A stretch of 64,000 bases of DNA from an uncultured Candidatus Saccharibacteria bacterium (GCA_964411375.1 CAYPKR010000002.1:129960-193959), one strand, 5' to 3'; shown: positions 36,483-46,755, counted from the first letter of the stretch. A program made the numbers and translations. Notes: generated by a model not told the origin, from the sequence alone.

Positions 36483-39400
36483 TTATTCTGCAGGAGTAGT
36501 GCTTGCTTCTGGAGCCGGATCTGGTTCTTCGGCTGAAGGTGTTGAAGTTGAAGTGGTAGTCGTCACATCCGGAGTAACAGATTCAGTAGTCGTAGCTTCT
36601 TTTGGTGCAGGTTCATGTATCGGAGCTGATGCTCCCCCGATATTTGCATTTCGAAGCAGTGTTTCAAGCTTTTCTTTAGTCAAGCAAACTCCGTCAACAC
36701 AAATCTGCTTTCCTGCTGATACTTCATCGTCTGCTTCAATTTTTTTCGCATGCAAATTATCAACGACGATTGTTTTTGCCAATACCGTATCGAATGTGGC
36801 TTTCAAAGTATCGCCGACTGCCGATACGCCCGAACCAATGAGTGAAGTGATTTGTTCTTGTTGATGTTTGAACGCGCCAAGAAGTACGACTGCGAGATCT
36901 TCGTAACGAACACCGCGCGGCGCGCCATCCTCTTCGCGGAAAATTAATCTTCCATCAACCGCCCCAACTTCTTCTGCAACCAATCCGATGCGATCTTCTT
37001 CGGTGCCGTTGTATTTGAAATGAACGGGACGAAGTTTTTCGGCAAGCGTTGCTGCTTCTTCGGGCGTGAAATCTTGAATGTCATGTTTGAACCTCGCCGA
37101 TGAGACGGTACAGGTTTGTGCACCAGAGTTTACCTGCACTTCTTTGTCAGAAGACAAACAAAGCGCGCTACCGCTCGTTGATTCTGCCGTAAGCCCATCA
37201 AATCCAACCGTTCCGGTGACTGAAAGAAAACGCCATGGACTGGTAGATGCGATGCCGAATTTTCCGCCAGAAGTGAGCGCGGCTTTTGATGTTTGGTTGG
37301 TAATGAAGCGAAGATCGTGATTGGTCATCGTTCCTACAAACGCTTGTGTATCTTCAACGCGCATATCGATAACGGCGCCATTCGTAGTATCCGTAAATCG
37401 AAATCCTGGGCTGTTTGCACTCGCGCCGTTAATCATGCGGTTCATAGTGGTCGTGCCGATTCCAATACTTCCGGTTGAATCAATCGTCAAAATATCTCCA
37501 ACCGACTGACTATACGTCGATTTGATTCTGAAATAATCTGCGGTCTGACTTGTTGCGCCAGTTACGGTGAGCACTGATGCTGCGGCATCAGTGCCGACCA
37601 CCTGGAGTTTTGATGTTGGTGTCGTGGTTCCAACCCCAACATTCCCTGCTGTGTATACGAGACTTGAAGAAGTTGCAATCCATTTATCATTGAAGATTGA
37701 ATCCGCGACAATGTTGTAGCCGGTCTTCATGAGCGTATCTTCGGCGATAATGAAGCGATCGTTATTGCCGCCATTCGAATACGGCTGATCGACGCCCCAC
37801 AACTGACCGTTCACTGACACATAGGTCGCTTTTTCAACTCGAATACCAACCGATGGCGCGGGTGTTCCGGTTCCATCATCGTCAACGCCGGGAATTTCAG
37901 AAAGATTAGTGATCACAACCGGCGCGACTTTTGCAGTTGGCGAGCCAATGATTGCGATTCCGGCATACGGCGTTTCTGTGCCGCCGCCGTCGTTCGCACC
38001 ATCGCGGCGAAGCAAAAGTCCGTCAAACGTAATAGTAGTCGTTCCTGTTGCCGAAATGCGTACGCCGTGACGATCGTTTCGGTCGGTTGAAAAACCGCTA
38101 ATTTGGAATCCGCCGTTGCTTGATGAGCCGTCAATGTAGAGTCCTTCGAGTGTATTGAATACTGCGCGGCTGTTTGAGAGCTTCGTTTCTCCCATCGACG
38201 TGAAATAAAATCCGCGCTGTGCGCCGCCGACAACCAGAATGTCGTTCAGATATGAGTCAGTGAGCGCGGTCGCGCGAACGCCGTGGAGTGCCGGACTATA
38301 AATACTCAAGTGATCGACCGTAAATCCGCGTGGATTCCCCGTTCCCGCGCCTTGCGCAGTATGGAACGCATCTCCTGAGGTTTGCGAGATATCAGTATCT
38401 TCAACCTTCCAGTCACGGACCAATCCTTCAAAATAAATCCCGTCGATTGCCGTGCCATATGAGTTACCGTCGATTGAAATATTCCGAATGCGTCCGCCGT
38501 CGTTTGACGCTGCTTCTCCTGAAATGCTTTTATCGCGCACATGAATGATTGCGGATCCGACGAAACTGGTTGTCGGCTTGATGGAACTCCTCGGCGTTGA
38601 TGCATAGTACCAACGCGGCGCGTAGGTTCCCTGAAGCGTGATTGGTTTATCGAGATTGAGTGGCTGGCTGATTCGGAACACGCCCATCGGAAAGAGAACG
38701 GTTCCTCCAGGAGAACATGCATTGATCGCCGCCGTGATCGCTGCATAATTGTCGCGTGAATTATCACCGACGGCGCCATATGCTTCGACGTTGCAGACAA
38801 CGCCACCGGTATCCAGAAAAAGACCGGTTGTTGTGCCAAACGAGGCATATTTAAGTACGCTCAAATTATGTTCAATCGTTGTTGTTCCTGAACTTCCACC
38901 AAAGAGTGCCGTCCCCGCAACAGAGAGAATTGCACTCGGCGTTGTTGTACCAATACCAACTTTTCCAGTCAGTCGATATACATCCGAACCACTTCCCGTC
39001 CAATTTCCCGAAGCTCCTGAACTTAGGATTGATCCATTCCAATACAAATCAGAATTGTTGTTATACAAACGATTAGATGTTTGCGAAGGTGTGCCGGAAA
39101 GAAGAAGTAATGAACTTGCGAACGTCGTTTCACCGTTCATTGTTGCAGATTCCAAAATATTATCTTCGTTTGCTGGGATAAATGCCGTGACCACCCCACC
39201 ACGAACCGCGGAGAGAATATTTGCAACAAATGATTTTGTTTCTTCGATTTTTTTATCTACGAGAGATTCGGAAACCCCTTCAGTATAAATATTATTTATG
39301 ACCGACGCTGGAGTTTTTTCGGTCGGAACGTACACCGTGACGGTTTTTGTTGGTGTCGGTACGGAAGTAGATTCCGTCGGCGGATTGTTTGCGACCGGTG

Positions 39401-39662
39401 TATTGATAGGTGCGGCTGGAGGAGAATTTGTTTCAGTGACTGGCGGAGTATTTTGCGGCGAAGATACTTCCGACGTTGGAGTCGGGGTTTCGACTTTTGG
39501 CGCACAAAATCCTAAAGGCTTTAAAACAAATCCAAACACATAACACATGAAGCCAGGTGAAGAATCCTTTGCAGCTACTGGATGCGGAAAAAGAAATAGC
39601 GTAAGTACCAGACACACGGCTGCAACAGACAAAAGTCCAGGACTATGTGGCCCCTTATTCAT
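36483..39662 (-). CDS. Large secreted beta-helix protein with C-terminal intramolecular-chaperone (peptidase S74) domain; tailspike/depolymerase-like
   Basis: Signal peptide and a Pro/Thr-rich linker. Pectate-lyase-like right-handed beta-helix repeats. SSARFKHDIQDFTPEEAATLAEKLRPVHFKY matches the S74 autoproteolytic chaperone motif. A Thr/Pro-rich tail of about 150 aa follows. Confidence 0.75.
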   Translation of the reverse strand: MNKGPHSPGLLSVAAVCLVLTLFLFPHPVAAKDSSPGFMCYVFGFVLKPLGFCAPKVETPTPTSEVSSPQNTPPVTETNSPPAAPINTPVANNPPTESTSVPTPTKTVTVYVPTEKTPASVINNIYTEGVSESLVDKKIEETKSFVANILSAVRGGVVTAFIPANEDNILESATMNGETTFASSLLLLSGTPSQTSNRLYNNNSDLYWNGSILSSGASGNWTGSGSDVYRLTGKVGIGTTTPSAILSVAGTALFGGSSGTTTIEHNLSVLKYASFGTTTGLFLDTGGVVCNVEAYGAVGDNSRDNYAAITAAINACSPGGTVLFPMGVFRISQPLNLDKPITLQGTYAPRWYYASTPRSSIKPTTSFVGSAIIHVRDKSISGEAASNDGGRIRNISIDGNSYGTAIDGIYFEGLVRDWKVEDTDISQTSGDAFHTAQGAGTGNPRGFTVDHLSIYSPALHGVRATALTDSYLNDILVVGGAQRGFYFTSMGETKLSNSRAVFNTLEGLYIDGSSSNGGFQISGFSTDRNDRHGVRISATGTTTITFDGLLLRRDGANDGGGTETPYAGIAIIGSPTAKVAPVVITNLSEIPGVDDDGTGTPAPSVGIRVEKATYVSVNGQLWGVDQPYSNGGNNDRFIIAEDTLMKTGYNIVADSIFNDKWIATSSSLVYTAGNVGVGTTTPTSKLQVVGTDAAASVLTVTGATSQTADYFRIKSTYSQSVGDILTIDSTGSIGIGTTTMNRMINGASANSPGFRFTDTTNGAVIDMRVEDTQAFVGTMTNHDLRFITNQTSKAALTSGGKFGIASTSPWRFLSVTGTVGFDGLTAESTSGSALCLSSDKEVQVNSGAQTCTVSSARFKHDIQDFTPEEAATLAEKLRPVHFKYNGTEEDRIGLVAEEVGAVDGRLIFREEDGAPRGVRYEDLAVVLLGAFKHQQEQITSLIGSGVSAVGDTLKATFDTVLAKTIVVDNLHAKKIEADDEVSAGKQICVDGVCLTKEKLETLLRNANIGGASAPIHEPAPKEATTTESVTPDVTTTTSTSTPSAEEPDPAPEASTTPAE

Positions 39663-39752
39663 TCAATATATGATAGCAATCGAACGAATAAGCACCAACA
39701 TACATTTCCTTAAGGCTTCATCAAAAACTCGACCGAAAGGAGTATTTAAATT

Positions 39753-40145
39753 ATGCTGATCGACAGACAACTCGAACGGAGAGCGCCTATGCGAAGAAAA
39801 ATGATCCGATCGATCGAGAAATTGGTTGTCCATATGGACATTTCCTCCGCCTTTGCATTCGCGTACTTTTTCTTTGTCGGAACGACGGTATGGTTGTATT
39901 TGCTACGGGTCAGCCCTAACCTTCCTCATTCTTCTCATTCGATCCAAGGAATAATGGAAAGAATCTACGTAGGAACTCCACTCACCTATCTGTATCCAAT
40001 AGTGATTGGATCTATGGTTGCGATCTTGGTCTGTATTATTACGCTTGCAGTGATCTTTATTTTTCAGACGACACCTATTCCTCCACCACCGAAAATGCCG
40101 AAACTGCCGCCCACCAATTTTAGGGCGGCAGTTTTTTATTGTTGA
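39753..40145 (+). CDS. Hypothetical membrane protein
   Basis: 130 aa, 2 TM, Pro-rich C-terminus. Confidence 0.3.
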   Translation: MLIDRQLERRAPMRRKMIRSIEKLVVHMDISSAFAFAYFFFVGTTVWLYLLRVSPNLPHSSHSIQGIMERIYVGTPLTYLYPIVIGSMVAILVCIITLAVIFIFQTTPIPPPPKMPKLPPTNFRAAVFYC

Positions 40146-42053
40146 TTACGAGAGTTCTTTAAGGAGATCAGTGAGTTTGATCGTTGCAACACCTACCACT
40201 GAATCGCCGCCGCCATAATATACGTACACAACTCCTTTTCGGATGATTGCGCCGCACGGGAAAACCACATGCGGAATTTGTCCTTCATGTTCGTATTGTT
40301 CAGTTGGCTCAAACAAGGGAGAAACGGTGCGAGAAAGGACGGTTGTCGGATCTTTGAGATCAAGGAGCACCGCACCAACACGATACGTCTTATTTTTTGA
40401 AACGCCGTGATAGAGAAGAATCCATCCGTCTTTAGTTTTGAGCGGTGGCGCAGCAATACCCACTTTCTGACTGTCCCACATGCCAGGGCGAGGGGCGAGA
40501 AGCTGGATGCAACGAGATGCTTTATCGATTTCAAAATTAAGCGAATCAAGAAAGTCTGCGCACACATGTGTTCCAAGGCGATGGAGAATCATATACTTCC
40601 CTTTTACTTTTTCGGGAAGTAAACAGGTGTCTTTGTCGTCGAGTCCAGTTGGGGTGACGATAACCGGCTTTGACCAATTTTGCCATTGTTGTTTTTCAAA
40701 ATCGGCCACTGAAATTGAGGTCGCGGCAACAACTGGCGGACGAACACCATCGTACGCGGTGTAACACATATATATACGATCTCCGATTTGCGTGAGCCGC
40801 GGGTCCTCACATCCTGAATTTCCATTAGGATCTCCCTTTTTCATTTCAAAATCTTCGCGCGGAACATATATCGGATCGGTGCCACGTGTCTTGATCGAGA
40901 GTCCATCTTTCGATGCGGCATAACCAATGGTTGAAGTATTATCTTCAGACATTGCGCGATATAGAATGTGCACCACTCCACCAAGATCAATTGCGGCAGG
41001 ATTAAATACCGCACGGGACTCCCATCCGTGACTCCGTATCGGACGAAGTATCGGATTTTTTGGATACCGCTTCATATTTTTGAAGCGTGTTTTCAAATTG
41101 AGATTTGCAATGAGGCTCGAAAGATTTACGGTTGCTCTTGCACACGTCGTGTCGGTTGCACCGTAATAAATATCGAGATCATTTCGATTTACCAAGGCAC
41201 CAGATGGAAAAATAGTATTCGGCACTTGTCCGTATTTTTCATAGACTTCTTCAGGAACAAGAAGCGGTCCCGGAGTGCGTCCGATTATTTTTTGTGGATT
41301 TTTCAGATCAAGAAGAAGCGCTTCAATTCCCCAGACTTTTTCGTTCGAGAAATAATTTTGGGCATGCGAATAAATAAGGAGCCAACCTTGCTTAGTTTTG
41401 ATCGGCGGTACACCAACTTCCGCATGATCACCATCACCTCGGCGTGGATCGATGATATGTTTTCCTTCCGTTTTTTCCCACTCTCTCCAAAACTCCGGCG
41501 ACCAGAAGTCTTCGATCTTTTTAGCTGATGCGAATGCGATTTTGGAGGGCGGCCTATCAGTATCTTTTGCAAAAATCACCATATACTTGCCGTCCACTTT
41601 TTCAGGGAAAAGCGCCATCGCCTTTGCATTAAACGGCGTCACCAAATGTTTTTCGGTGACTTTTTTCAAATCCTTGGTTATTGCAACTGCTACTTTAATA
41701 TTGTCTGGTCCATACGGAAAACCACCAAGCGCCGTATAAAAAATATAATAGGTGTCGCCAATCTTCGTGACGCGAGGATCTTCACAACCAAAACGCTCCC
41801 ATGGCTGTTCGGGAATAATGAATTGCTCGCGATGATCAAAATGTTTGCCGTCATCCGATACCGCATGTCCAATAGTGGAAAGGGCCAAATGCACTCCTTC
41901 GTATTGATCTGATGCAGACATTGCGCGATAAAACGCATGGATCTTTTTTCCAACCTTAACTGGTGACCAATTAAATGTCGCGAGCGCTTCCCACGGATGT
42001 TCTCCGAGCGGCCGGATCAAAGGATTGTGCGAATCTCGTTTAATGATAAACAT
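40146..42053 (-). CDS. Tandem GH130-family glycoside phosphorylase/hydrolase (two GH130 beta-propeller domains)
   Basis: 635 aa. Two copies of the GH130 pattern (.FNP....G..H..YRA.......IG.A.S.DG..F; GCEDPR.T.IGD.YY..YTA). Confidence 0.8.
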   Translation of the reverse strand: MFIIKRDSHNPLIRPLGEHPWEALATFNWSPVKVGKKIHAFYRAMSASDQYEGVHLALSTIGHAVSDDGKHFDHREQFIIPEQPWERFGCEDPRVTKIGDTYYIFYTALGGFPYGPDNIKVAVAITKDLKKVTEKHLVTPFNAKAMALFPEKVDGKYMVIFAKDTDRPPSKIAFASAKKIEDFWSPEFWREWEKTEGKHIIDPRRGDGDHAEVGVPPIKTKQGWLLIYSHAQNYFSNEKVWGIEALLLDLKNPQKIIGRTPGPLLVPEEVYEKYGQVPNTIFPSGALVNRNDLDIYYGATDTTCARATVNLSSLIANLNLKTRFKNMKRYPKNPILRPIRSHGWESRAVFNPAAIDLGGVVHILYRAMSEDNTSTIGYAASKDGLSIKTRGTDPIYVPREDFEMKKGDPNGNSGCEDPRLTQIGDRIYMCYTAYDGVRPPVVAATSISVADFEKQQWQNWSKPVIVTPTGLDDKDTCLLPEKVKGKYMILHRLGTHVCADFLDSLNFEIDKASRCIQLLAPRPGMWDSQKVGIAAPPLKTKDGWILLYHGVSKNKTYRVGAVLLDLKDPTTVLSRTVSPLFEPTEQYEHEGQIPHVVFPCGAIIRKGVVYVYYGGGDSVVGVATIKLTDLLKELS

Positions 42054-42054
42054 A

Positions 42055-43878
42055 CTATTTTCTGACGGTTACTTTTTCAGGATGTAAGTGCACCACGCTA
42101 TCTTTCTTTACATTGTCGATAAATTCATCAAGTGGCGTATGCGCGACACACGTCACCATATCCGCTCCTCCATAATATATGTAGAGTTGATTTTTGATAA
42201 CGGCAGCACCGCATGGATAAATGACGCCCCATTTGTGTCCCTGATTTTCGTATTCCGCGTCTGGAACGGCGATCGGGAGACGCGCACGGTACAAGACTTT
42301 TGTTGGATCATTTGAATCCAAAATCATCGCACCCATTTTGTAGCGTCCCGGATCACGATCATCAACACCCTGATACACCACGAGCCATCCTGCTTCAGTT
42401 TTGAGAGGTGGCGGACCGACACCAAGTTTTCTACTGTCCCAAAAACTTGGGCGTGGTTTTATTTTTGCGTCCCCTCGAAGCCAACGCTGTTTTTTGAATT
42501 CAAGATCTGGGACAAAATCGATGAGCATGTTCGGAAAAATGCGATGAAAAATAACATACTTGCCGTTTACTTTTTCTGGAAAAAGTGCTGCGTTCTTATT
42601 CACTTGATCAGGGCGTGAAATGAGAAGTGGCTTCTTCCACTTCCAGTTCCCCGCCTTAAAATTATCGAAAGAAATTGACGTAATGGCGACGCGCGGCGCA
42701 GACCATCCGTCATAGGCAACGTAAGTCATGTAGACGGTGTCATCAATCAAAGTGATTCGAGGATCTTCACAACCACCCCATCCGCCACCACCCGACGTAA
42801 ATTCATCGTTACCTTCGTATGGCAAGCCATGCACCATTTCGGTCGGCGTGCGAGATGAATAAATGGGATGAGTTAATCGTTCAGAAAAATTGAGCCCGTC
42901 GTCCGACGTTGCATAGCCAACAGACGACATATTGTTCCAACCGATTGCGCGATACAAAAGATGTACTTTTTCACCGTCAAAAAGTGCCGCGGGATTGAAT
43001 GTTGCGACTGATTCCCAATGACTCGGCTTTGGCGAAAGTACTGGATTCACGTGATGCGCTTTCGTGAGTCCGGAAATACCGATACTCATATGACCATGGA
43101 AAGGTTGCGGAATTTTTACCGTATGCAGTTCCTTATTTTGATCGAGCCAGTAGAGGCGAATTTCTTCACCAAGTCCGATCGCTCCAAACGGCGTTGCCAC
43201 TCCCGCAAACTCTTCTTCGAAGACGAGCGATTCACCGCTCCAGGCAATCTCTGCCGGATTATCATGACGGAATAAAAATCCTTCGATGCGAAGTAGGGTG
43301 CCGGAAGCAGTTGCTTTTGAACGATCAACAAGAAGCAAAATGCCCGCGTGCGTATTCACCGCTCCCCACAAACGACCAGATGGAATCCCGAGTTTTGATT
43401 TGCTCCATTTACGAAGGTCTTTGCTGTAGGCAACATACATCTCACTCCCACCAAGATAGAGCACATGTTTGTCTTTAAATCTGAATCCATCAACCCATGC
43501 GATATCAGGATTTCCCGACATAATTTTTCCCTTGCCGCGACTCGAAACAAGCGTCTTTGAGATAGCGCCAACAGTGCTAATTGTTTTTCCTTTTCGTCTC
43601 GAGTAGATAAGAAATTCTCCTTCGTCTACCGGATATGCCGAAGCGCGCACGATCATGTCGACCGCTTCTGTCGATCCACGCTCGGTGAGCATCTTCAGTT
43701 TTTTCCGCGGACGATCAAAACGTACCCCGTCATTACTTTTTTGTATGAAAATTTCCGGCTCGCCTTTTGCGTTTACCTCACGGTATACAAGAAAAAGACT
43801 TCGTCCATGAAAACCGACACCCAGGGGTTCGTGTCCTGTTTCACCTTTTTTTTGCCGCTTTCCCCTGCCTATTGGCAT
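42055..43878 (-). CDS. GH130-family protein with an N-terminal beta-propeller-like extension
   Basis: C-terminal half: TFNPAALFDGEKVHLLYRAIG...GGCEDPRITLIDDTVYMTYVAYDG. Confidence 0.75.
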   Translation of the reverse strand: MPIGRGKRQKKGETGHEPLGVGFHGRSLFLVYREVNAKGEPEIFIQKSNDGVRFDRPRKKLKMLTERGSTEAVDMIVRASAYPVDEGEFLIYSRRKGKTISTVGAISKTLVSSRGKGKIMSGNPDIAWVDGFRFKDKHVLYLGGSEMYVAYSKDLRKWSKSKLGIPSGRLWGAVNTHAGILLLVDRSKATASGTLLRIEGFLFRHDNPAEIAWSGESLVFEEEFAGVATPFGAIGLGEEIRLYWLDQNKELHTVKIPQPFHGHMSIGISGLTKAHHVNPVLSPKPSHWESVATFNPAALFDGEKVHLLYRAIGWNNMSSVGYATSDDGLNFSERLTHPIYSSRTPTEMVHGLPYEGNDEFTSGGGGWGGCEDPRITLIDDTVYMTYVAYDGWSAPRVAITSISFDNFKAGNWKWKKPLLISRPDQVNKNAALFPEKVNGKYVIFHRIFPNMLIDFVPDLEFKKQRWLRGDAKIKPRPSFWDSRKLGVGPPPLKTEAGWLVVYQGVDDRDPGRYKMGAMILDSNDPTKVLYRARLPIAVPDAEYENQGHKWGVIYPCGAAVIKNQLYIYYGGADMVTCVAHTPLDEFIDNVKKDSVVHLHPEKVTVRK

Positions 43879-43891
43879 ACTTCTTTCAAAA

Positions 43892-44260
43892 TTACCTCTT
43901 CTTCACCTTTGTCGGAGCTCTGCCGTATTTATCGGCAAGACGCGTGATGTCATTTTCATCAAACGCACCAAATGCGATTTCCAAAAATGCCGCTCCGTCT
44001 TTTCCCGCTTTAATTCGATGTTGTTTTTTCTTCGGAATCAAAAATTCGTCTCCCGCTCGTGCACGTGTCACCTTCTCGCCAATCGTCACTGTTGGATGTC
44101 CCGAAATGATCCGCCAAAATTCGCTTCGATCGTTATGATATTGCAGTGACAACTCACCGCCCGGCGCTATGGTAATTATTTTTACTGTCGATTGTTCGTT
44201 TGCCGTAAATTGGCGAAAAGCGCCCCACGGACGCTTCACTTCTTTGATGCGCATATTCAA
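43892..44260 (-). CDS. Cupin-domain protein (mannose-6-phosphate isomerase-type cupin_2)
   Basis: TIAPGGELSLQYHNDRSEFWRIISG is a cupin motif. Confidence 0.7.
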   Translation of the reverse strand: MNMRIKEVKRPWGAFRQFTANEQSTVKIITIAPGGELSLQYHNDRSEFWRIISGHPTVTIGEKVTRARAGDEFLIPKKKQHRIKAGKDGAAFLEIAFGAFDENDITRLADKYGRAPTKVKKR

Positions 44261-44284
44261 ATTATAGCACTCTTCTCGGAGTAA

Positions 44285-45040
44285 TTAGGCAACCTCACCT
44301 GTGAGTATTCGCCGAATCAAATCTCTCGTTTCAGCGGGGCTCCGAACGGCTACTGTTTTGATGCCCGTTTTAAGAACTGCCGCATCGTTTCCCCCTTCAA
44401 AGAGTGCGTCACCGATATACTCCGCGTCCCAAACGGTGTATCCGAGCTGATCCAGGATTTTTTGGAGCCCGTAGGCTTTATCAATGCCCGCCTTGGTTAT
44501 ATCGATGGTCGTCGTACCGCCGATGTGCACTTCAAAATTTGGAAGTCGTTCGCGTAATTCTTCCTGAATCGGAATACGCTTCCTTCGGTCGGGATCCCAT
44601 TTCTCTTTTTCAAAGAGTGGAGCCTCTTGTCCAAGTGCCGAAAAAGTTATCTGCGTTCCACGATCTTCGATTTGTTCACCATAAATTTGAAGCGGCTGTT
44701 CAAACTTTGCCGCAATCAGAGATTCTTTAATTGCCTGAATTGCAGATTCCTTCTCTTCACTTGAAAGTGTTTCTTCGTAGATTTTTTCTGGATCGACATT
44801 TGCGTAGTGATAGAGTGCTGCTCCGCTCGTTGGAAGAAGATAGAGATTTTGTCGCTCATGATCTCCGCATGGTAAATGCATAATAAGTCGATCGTGGAGT
44901 TGCCCCATTGAGGCGCCACTCATCACGGCAACTTTTGTCTTCGCAAGCAATTGGCACACAAGCGAGGCAGTTTCTTCTTCGATTGGAAATCTGGATGGTG
45001 CAAGCGTTCCATCAAGGTCAAAAACGTACAATTTCTTCAT
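44285..45040 (-). CDS. HAD-IIB family phosphatase/mutase (phosphomannomutase- or mannosyl-phosphate-phosphatase-like)
   Basis: Start MKKLYVFDLDGTLAPS (DxDGT motif I). The size and the distal Asp motif are consistent with HAD-IIB. The ORF-track N-terminal extension was trimmed. Confidence 0.7.
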   Translation of the reverse strand: MKKLYVFDLDGTLAPSRFPIEEETASLVCQLLAKTKVAVMSGASMGQLHDRLIMHLPCGDHERQNLYLLPTSGAALYHYANVDPEKIYEETLSSEEKESAIQAIKESLIAAKFEQPLQIYGEQIEDRGTQITFSALGQEAPLFEKEKWDPDRRKRIPIQEELRERLPNFEVHIGGTTTIDITKAGIDKAYGLQKILDQLGYTVWDAEYIGDALFEGGNDAAVLKTGIKTVAVRSPAETRDLIRRILTGEVA

Positions 45041-45212
45041 GATAGAAATCAGTATATCACTTACTGAGGAGGGTTCAGGGCGGGTGGACAAATGCATCCT
45101 TCTGTGCTATACATACCGCATCAAAACGATAGGTCTTGCAACGGGAAAATAGGTTGAATTTTCTTCGGAGGACGCGATGTTTTGAAGAATTTATTCAATT
45201 TATCTTGCCGAA

Positions 45213-45455
45213 ATGACAGGAACAATTGCTCGCATGTTCAACGACAAGGGTTATGGCTTCATCAAGCGTGATGACGGTCAGAAAGACCTCTTCTTCCACG
45301 CAAAGGAATTGAAGGGTGTTACCTTTGAAGAACTTCGCGAAGGCGATGCGCTCACGTTCGAAGTAGGTCACAACGATAAGGGTGACCACGCAACGAACAT
45401 CCGCTCTGCAAAGGGTGGTGCTTCAAACGATGAGTCAATGGACATGGCAGCATAA
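45213..45455 (+). CDS. cspA: Cold-shock protein (CspA family)
   Basis: MTGTIARMFNDKGYGFIKRDDGQKDLFFH with RNP1/RNP2 motifs. Has an acidic C-terminal tail. Confidence 0.9.
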   Translation: MTGTIARMFNDKGYGFIKRDDGQKDLFFHAKELKGVTFEELREGDALTFEVGHNDKGDHATNIRSAKGGASNDESMDMAA

Positions 45456-45476
45456 GGTAACCCCTTAGCCATTCCA

Positions 45477-45511
45477 ACAAAAATACCCCGCAAGGGGTAT
45501 TTTTGTTTTTT
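45477..45511. terminator. Bidirectional intrinsic terminator
   Basis: caaaaataccccgcaaggggtatttttgtttttt. Confidence 0.75.
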
Positions 45512-45515
45512 CAGA

Positions 45516-46151
45516 TTATCGCGGTGATGGATTTTCGCTGCTGTCGATTACAAATGATATTTTTTTCAAAATATCATTGAAGTCCGAGCGAATAGTGTCA
45601 CTTGGCGAATTGTAGGTAACACTAAACATATACGCAAAATCACCGTCTACTATGACCGTGCTCTCCCCTTCGTAAAGTCCGCTCCACGAAAACTGGAACG
45701 CGTCATGTGCCGCAACAAATGATTTGATACTTTGTCCATCATTTTTTCGAATCGAATAATTCGATGTCGTTGCATTTTTCATTACCCAATCGGAAGGAGA
45801 TAAATGTTTTGGATTTGCATATACAGTAAGAGAAATTGTGGCGGGACCATCTCTCGGTGGCTGATCCGTATCAGAGAGATGATGATTTTCTGGAATATCT
45901 TCAAGAAGCGTTACCGTGTACGGAAGCGTTTCGGATACCGAAGTAGTAGCAAAGTACGTAGCCGAATATTGAAACATAATATGGAAGCGATCGAGAGATA
46001 TGGTCTCCAAATCATCTGATGGAGATTCAACGGCGGGAGTTGGAGTAGAAGGTACCTTCTCTCCATGCGGTAAAATCCAAACGAGTCCGAGTCCAAGGAG
46101 ACAGAGGAGCGCGAAGAGCAGTGTGTATATGTTGTGTGACGATTGGCGCAT
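45516..46151 (-). CDS. Hypothetical secreted/membrane-anchored protein
   Basis: 211 aa, N-terminal hydrophobic anchor, no recognised motif. Confidence 0.45.
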   Translation of the reverse strand: MRQSSHNIYTLLFALLCLLGLGLVWILPHGEKVPSTPTPAVESPSDDLETISLDRFHIMFQYSATYFATTSVSETLPYTVTLLEDIPENHHLSDTDQPPRDGPATISLTVYANPKHLSPSDWVMKNATTSNYSIRKNDGQSIKSFVAAHDAFQFSWSGLYEGESTVIVDGDFAYMFSVTYNSPSDTIRSDFNDILKKISFVIDSSENPSPR

Positions 46152-46190
46152 TTCCCTATGGTATACTATTCACATATATTTACGAAAATT

Positions 46191-46751
46191 ATGAAGAAAG
46201 GAACACTCATTCTAATCGTACTTATCGCTATTATCGGTGTTGGATTTCTTTTTTATAACGAAGCAAAAGCGCCCAGTGACGATCAAAACATGCCAACAAC
46301 GACTGGGCAGGTTTCGGCTACTACATTTGACGAATGCGTAACTGCAGGTGGTCAAATTCAAGAAAGTAATCCGCGTCGTTGCGCAATAGGTGGCGTTTCA
46401 TTTACTGAAGATCTTGGGAATGTTCCTGACAAAAGCAATTTAATCACCGTTACTGACCTCGCACCGAATCAAAAAATAAAAAGCCCACTCACGGTTCACG
46501 GTAAGGCACGTGGTACTTGGTTTTTTGAAGCAAGCTTCCCTGTTCGTGTTGCGGATGCAGATGGAAACATACTCGGATCCGGAGTTGCTGAAGCGAATGG
46601 CGATTGGATGACAGAAGATTTTGTACCGTTTACGGTTAAGGTTACTTTCACCAAGCCAGCGACAAAAGAAGGTTCTGTTACTTTCCTCAAAGATAATCCA
46701 TCGGGTCTTCCAGAAAATGAAGACGCGTTAGTTGTGCCGGTACAGTTCTAA
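46191..46751 (+). CDS. Secreted protein with Gmad2-type Ig-like domain
   Basis: Start MKKGTLILIVLIAIIG with a TATACT -10 sequence upstream. The C-terminal domain KSPLTVHGKARGTWFFEASFPVRVADADGNILG matches the Gmad2 pattern. Confidence 0.5.
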   Translation: MKKGTLILIVLIAIIGVGFLFYNEAKAPSDDQNMPTTTGQVSATTFDECVTAGGQIQESNPRRCAIGGVSFTEDLGNVPDKSNLITVTDLAPNQKIKSPLTVHGKARGTWFFEASFPVRVADADGNILGSGVAEANGDWMTEDFVPFTVKVTFTKPATKEGSVTFLKDNPSGLPENEDALVVPVQF

Positions 46752-46755
46752 GTAC

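Noticed and set aside
39296-39662. Short tandem-like Pro/Thr/Val-rich nucleotide periodicity, considered as a possible repeat array or CRISPR-like structure
   Set aside because: It encodes the low-complexity linker of the beta-helix protein. There is no spacer-repeat architecture. No CRISPR array was seen anywhere in the window.
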